A DNA stretch of 64,000 nucleotides. Origin: an uncultured Alphaproteobacteria bacterium. GTDB taxonomy: Bacteria; Pseudomonadota; Alphaproteobacteria; JAGOMX01. The position numbers and the translations under genes were made by a program. The stretch lies in NCBI GenBank assembly GCA_963780985.1, contig CAWAEF010000015.1, positions 6,839 to 70,838 on the forward strand, written 5' to 3'. Below are positions 63,401 through 64,000 of this stretch, one piece after another. Numbering within the stretch: the stretch's first letter is position 1; each line of letters opens with the position of its first letter. The notes under the pieces are model-generated. The model made no database searches. It was given only the letters and a program-made list of their open reading frames with translations, and was not told the origin of the DNA.

Positions 63401-64000
63401 ATGCGTCGCTTGCGCGAGGTATTGGGAGGCTCTAACCTCTCGGCCCAAGAAAAACTCAATCAAATCGTGCAGATCATATCGAGCGAGTTGCACAGTGAGG
63501 TGTGCTCGATCTATATCAAAAGTTCAAGCAATGTCTTAATTCTTTTTGCCACGCATGGGTTAAATCCAATGTCAGTCCACTTCACCCGTTTGAAGGTGGG
63601 AGAGGGCGTCGTCGGAGATGTAGCCGCAAATGCGCGCCCATTGGTTCTTTCAGACATTAAATCCCATCCAAATTTTGCCTATCGACCAGAAACCGGTGAA
63701 GATGATTTTCTGGGCTTCTTGGGCGTTCCAATCTGCCGGGGCGGCCGACTGTTGGGGGTTCTTGCCTTACAGACCCGTGCTAAAAGGTATTACTCCTACG
63801 AAGAAGTGGATATCATGCAGACCATCTCGATGGTACTTGCGGAGCTCATTTCCTCTCAAGAATTACTGCCGTTGGAGGTCTTGCGAGCCGAGGAGAGTTT
63901 GTCTTGGATTCAAACTGAATTCTCGGGGTTTGGCCTAAACCAAGGCATCAGCGAAGGTATTGCTGTCTTTCATCAAATATTTCCCCATTACAGTCGTAAA
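63401..64000 (+). CDS. ptsP: PEP-protein phosphotransferase PtsP (EI-Ntr), N-terminal GAF domain; runs off the window
   Basis: Hand translation gives MRRLREVLGG..EVCSIYIK..GEGVVGDVAANARPLVLSDIKSHPNFAYRPETGEDDFLGFLGVPI.RGGRLLGVLALQ. It is absent from the ORF track because there is no stop inside the window. Confidence 0.85.
   Translation, partial: MRRLREVLGGSNLSAQEKLNQIVQIISSELHSEVCSIYIKSSSNVLILFATHGLNPMSVHFTRLKVGEGVVGDVAANARPLVLSDIKSHPNFAYRPETGEDDFLGFLGVPICRGGRLLGVLALQTRAKRYYSYEEVDIMQTISMVLAELISSQELLPLEVLRAEESLSWIQTEFSGFGLNQGISEGIAVFHQIFPHYSRK

Noticed and set aside
63630-63938. 102-aa plus-strand ORF near the window end.
   Set aside because: It is out of frame with, and fully inside, the ptsP GAF-domain reading frame that starts at 63401.
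1-64000. tRNA, rRNA, tmRNA and RNase P genes, transposases, integrases and prophage remnants.
   Set aside because: I scanned the intergenic regions by eye for T-loop (GGTTCGAATCC-like) and other hallmark motifs and found none. No ORF resembles a transposase, integrase or phage structural protein.

Overview
This is a chromosomal window from an alphaproteobacterium. The evidence is ubiG-lysC-ptsP synteny, a truncated HprK, a CckA-like hybrid kinase, a HIG1-type twin-TM protein, grx-DUF1178, and flgF-G-A-H divergent from fliL-fliM-motE-like. A host-associated, Holosporales/Rickettsiales-like lifestyle is my guess only. I can support about 60 protein genes, most of them housekeeping: uvrD, trxB, yfgM-like/bamB/der, rbsK, dnaX-ybaB-recR, uvrB, tyrS, phaC, hisC, a Zn/Mn ABC importer, an ABC-2 exporter, terC, xseB, yggT, folD, ruvX, trhO, an ABC-F ATPase, and ubiG-lysC-fabK-like-ptsP. 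I saw no rRNA, tRNA, CRISPR, transposase or integrase.

Three things stand out.

1. Intergenic space is filled by at least four palindromic repeat families. One is an 8-copy, strictly strand-oriented element wedged between stop codons and the next start codon. Another is a set of long hairpins whose arms are tandem 7-nt repeats, which makes dense arrays of GANTC (CcrM-type) sites.

2. An accessory minus-strand block at 19.6-24.8 kb encodes a catalytically intact LonA-type protease and a DEDDh (DnaQ-like) exonuclease. Each sits behind a signal-peptide-like N-terminus and an acidic, disordered, motif-bearing region. The exonuclease is split over three overlapping reading frames. Next to this block lies an AT-rich 487-bp region with phased CtrA-box-like half-sites and a perfect 71-bp hairpin.

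3. Several orphan secreted proteins are present (a triple winged-helix protein, a tandem-duplicated-domain protein, a HAD-like protein), plus a structured leader upstream of terC.

All calls come from reading the sequence and the ORF track. No searches or computations were run.
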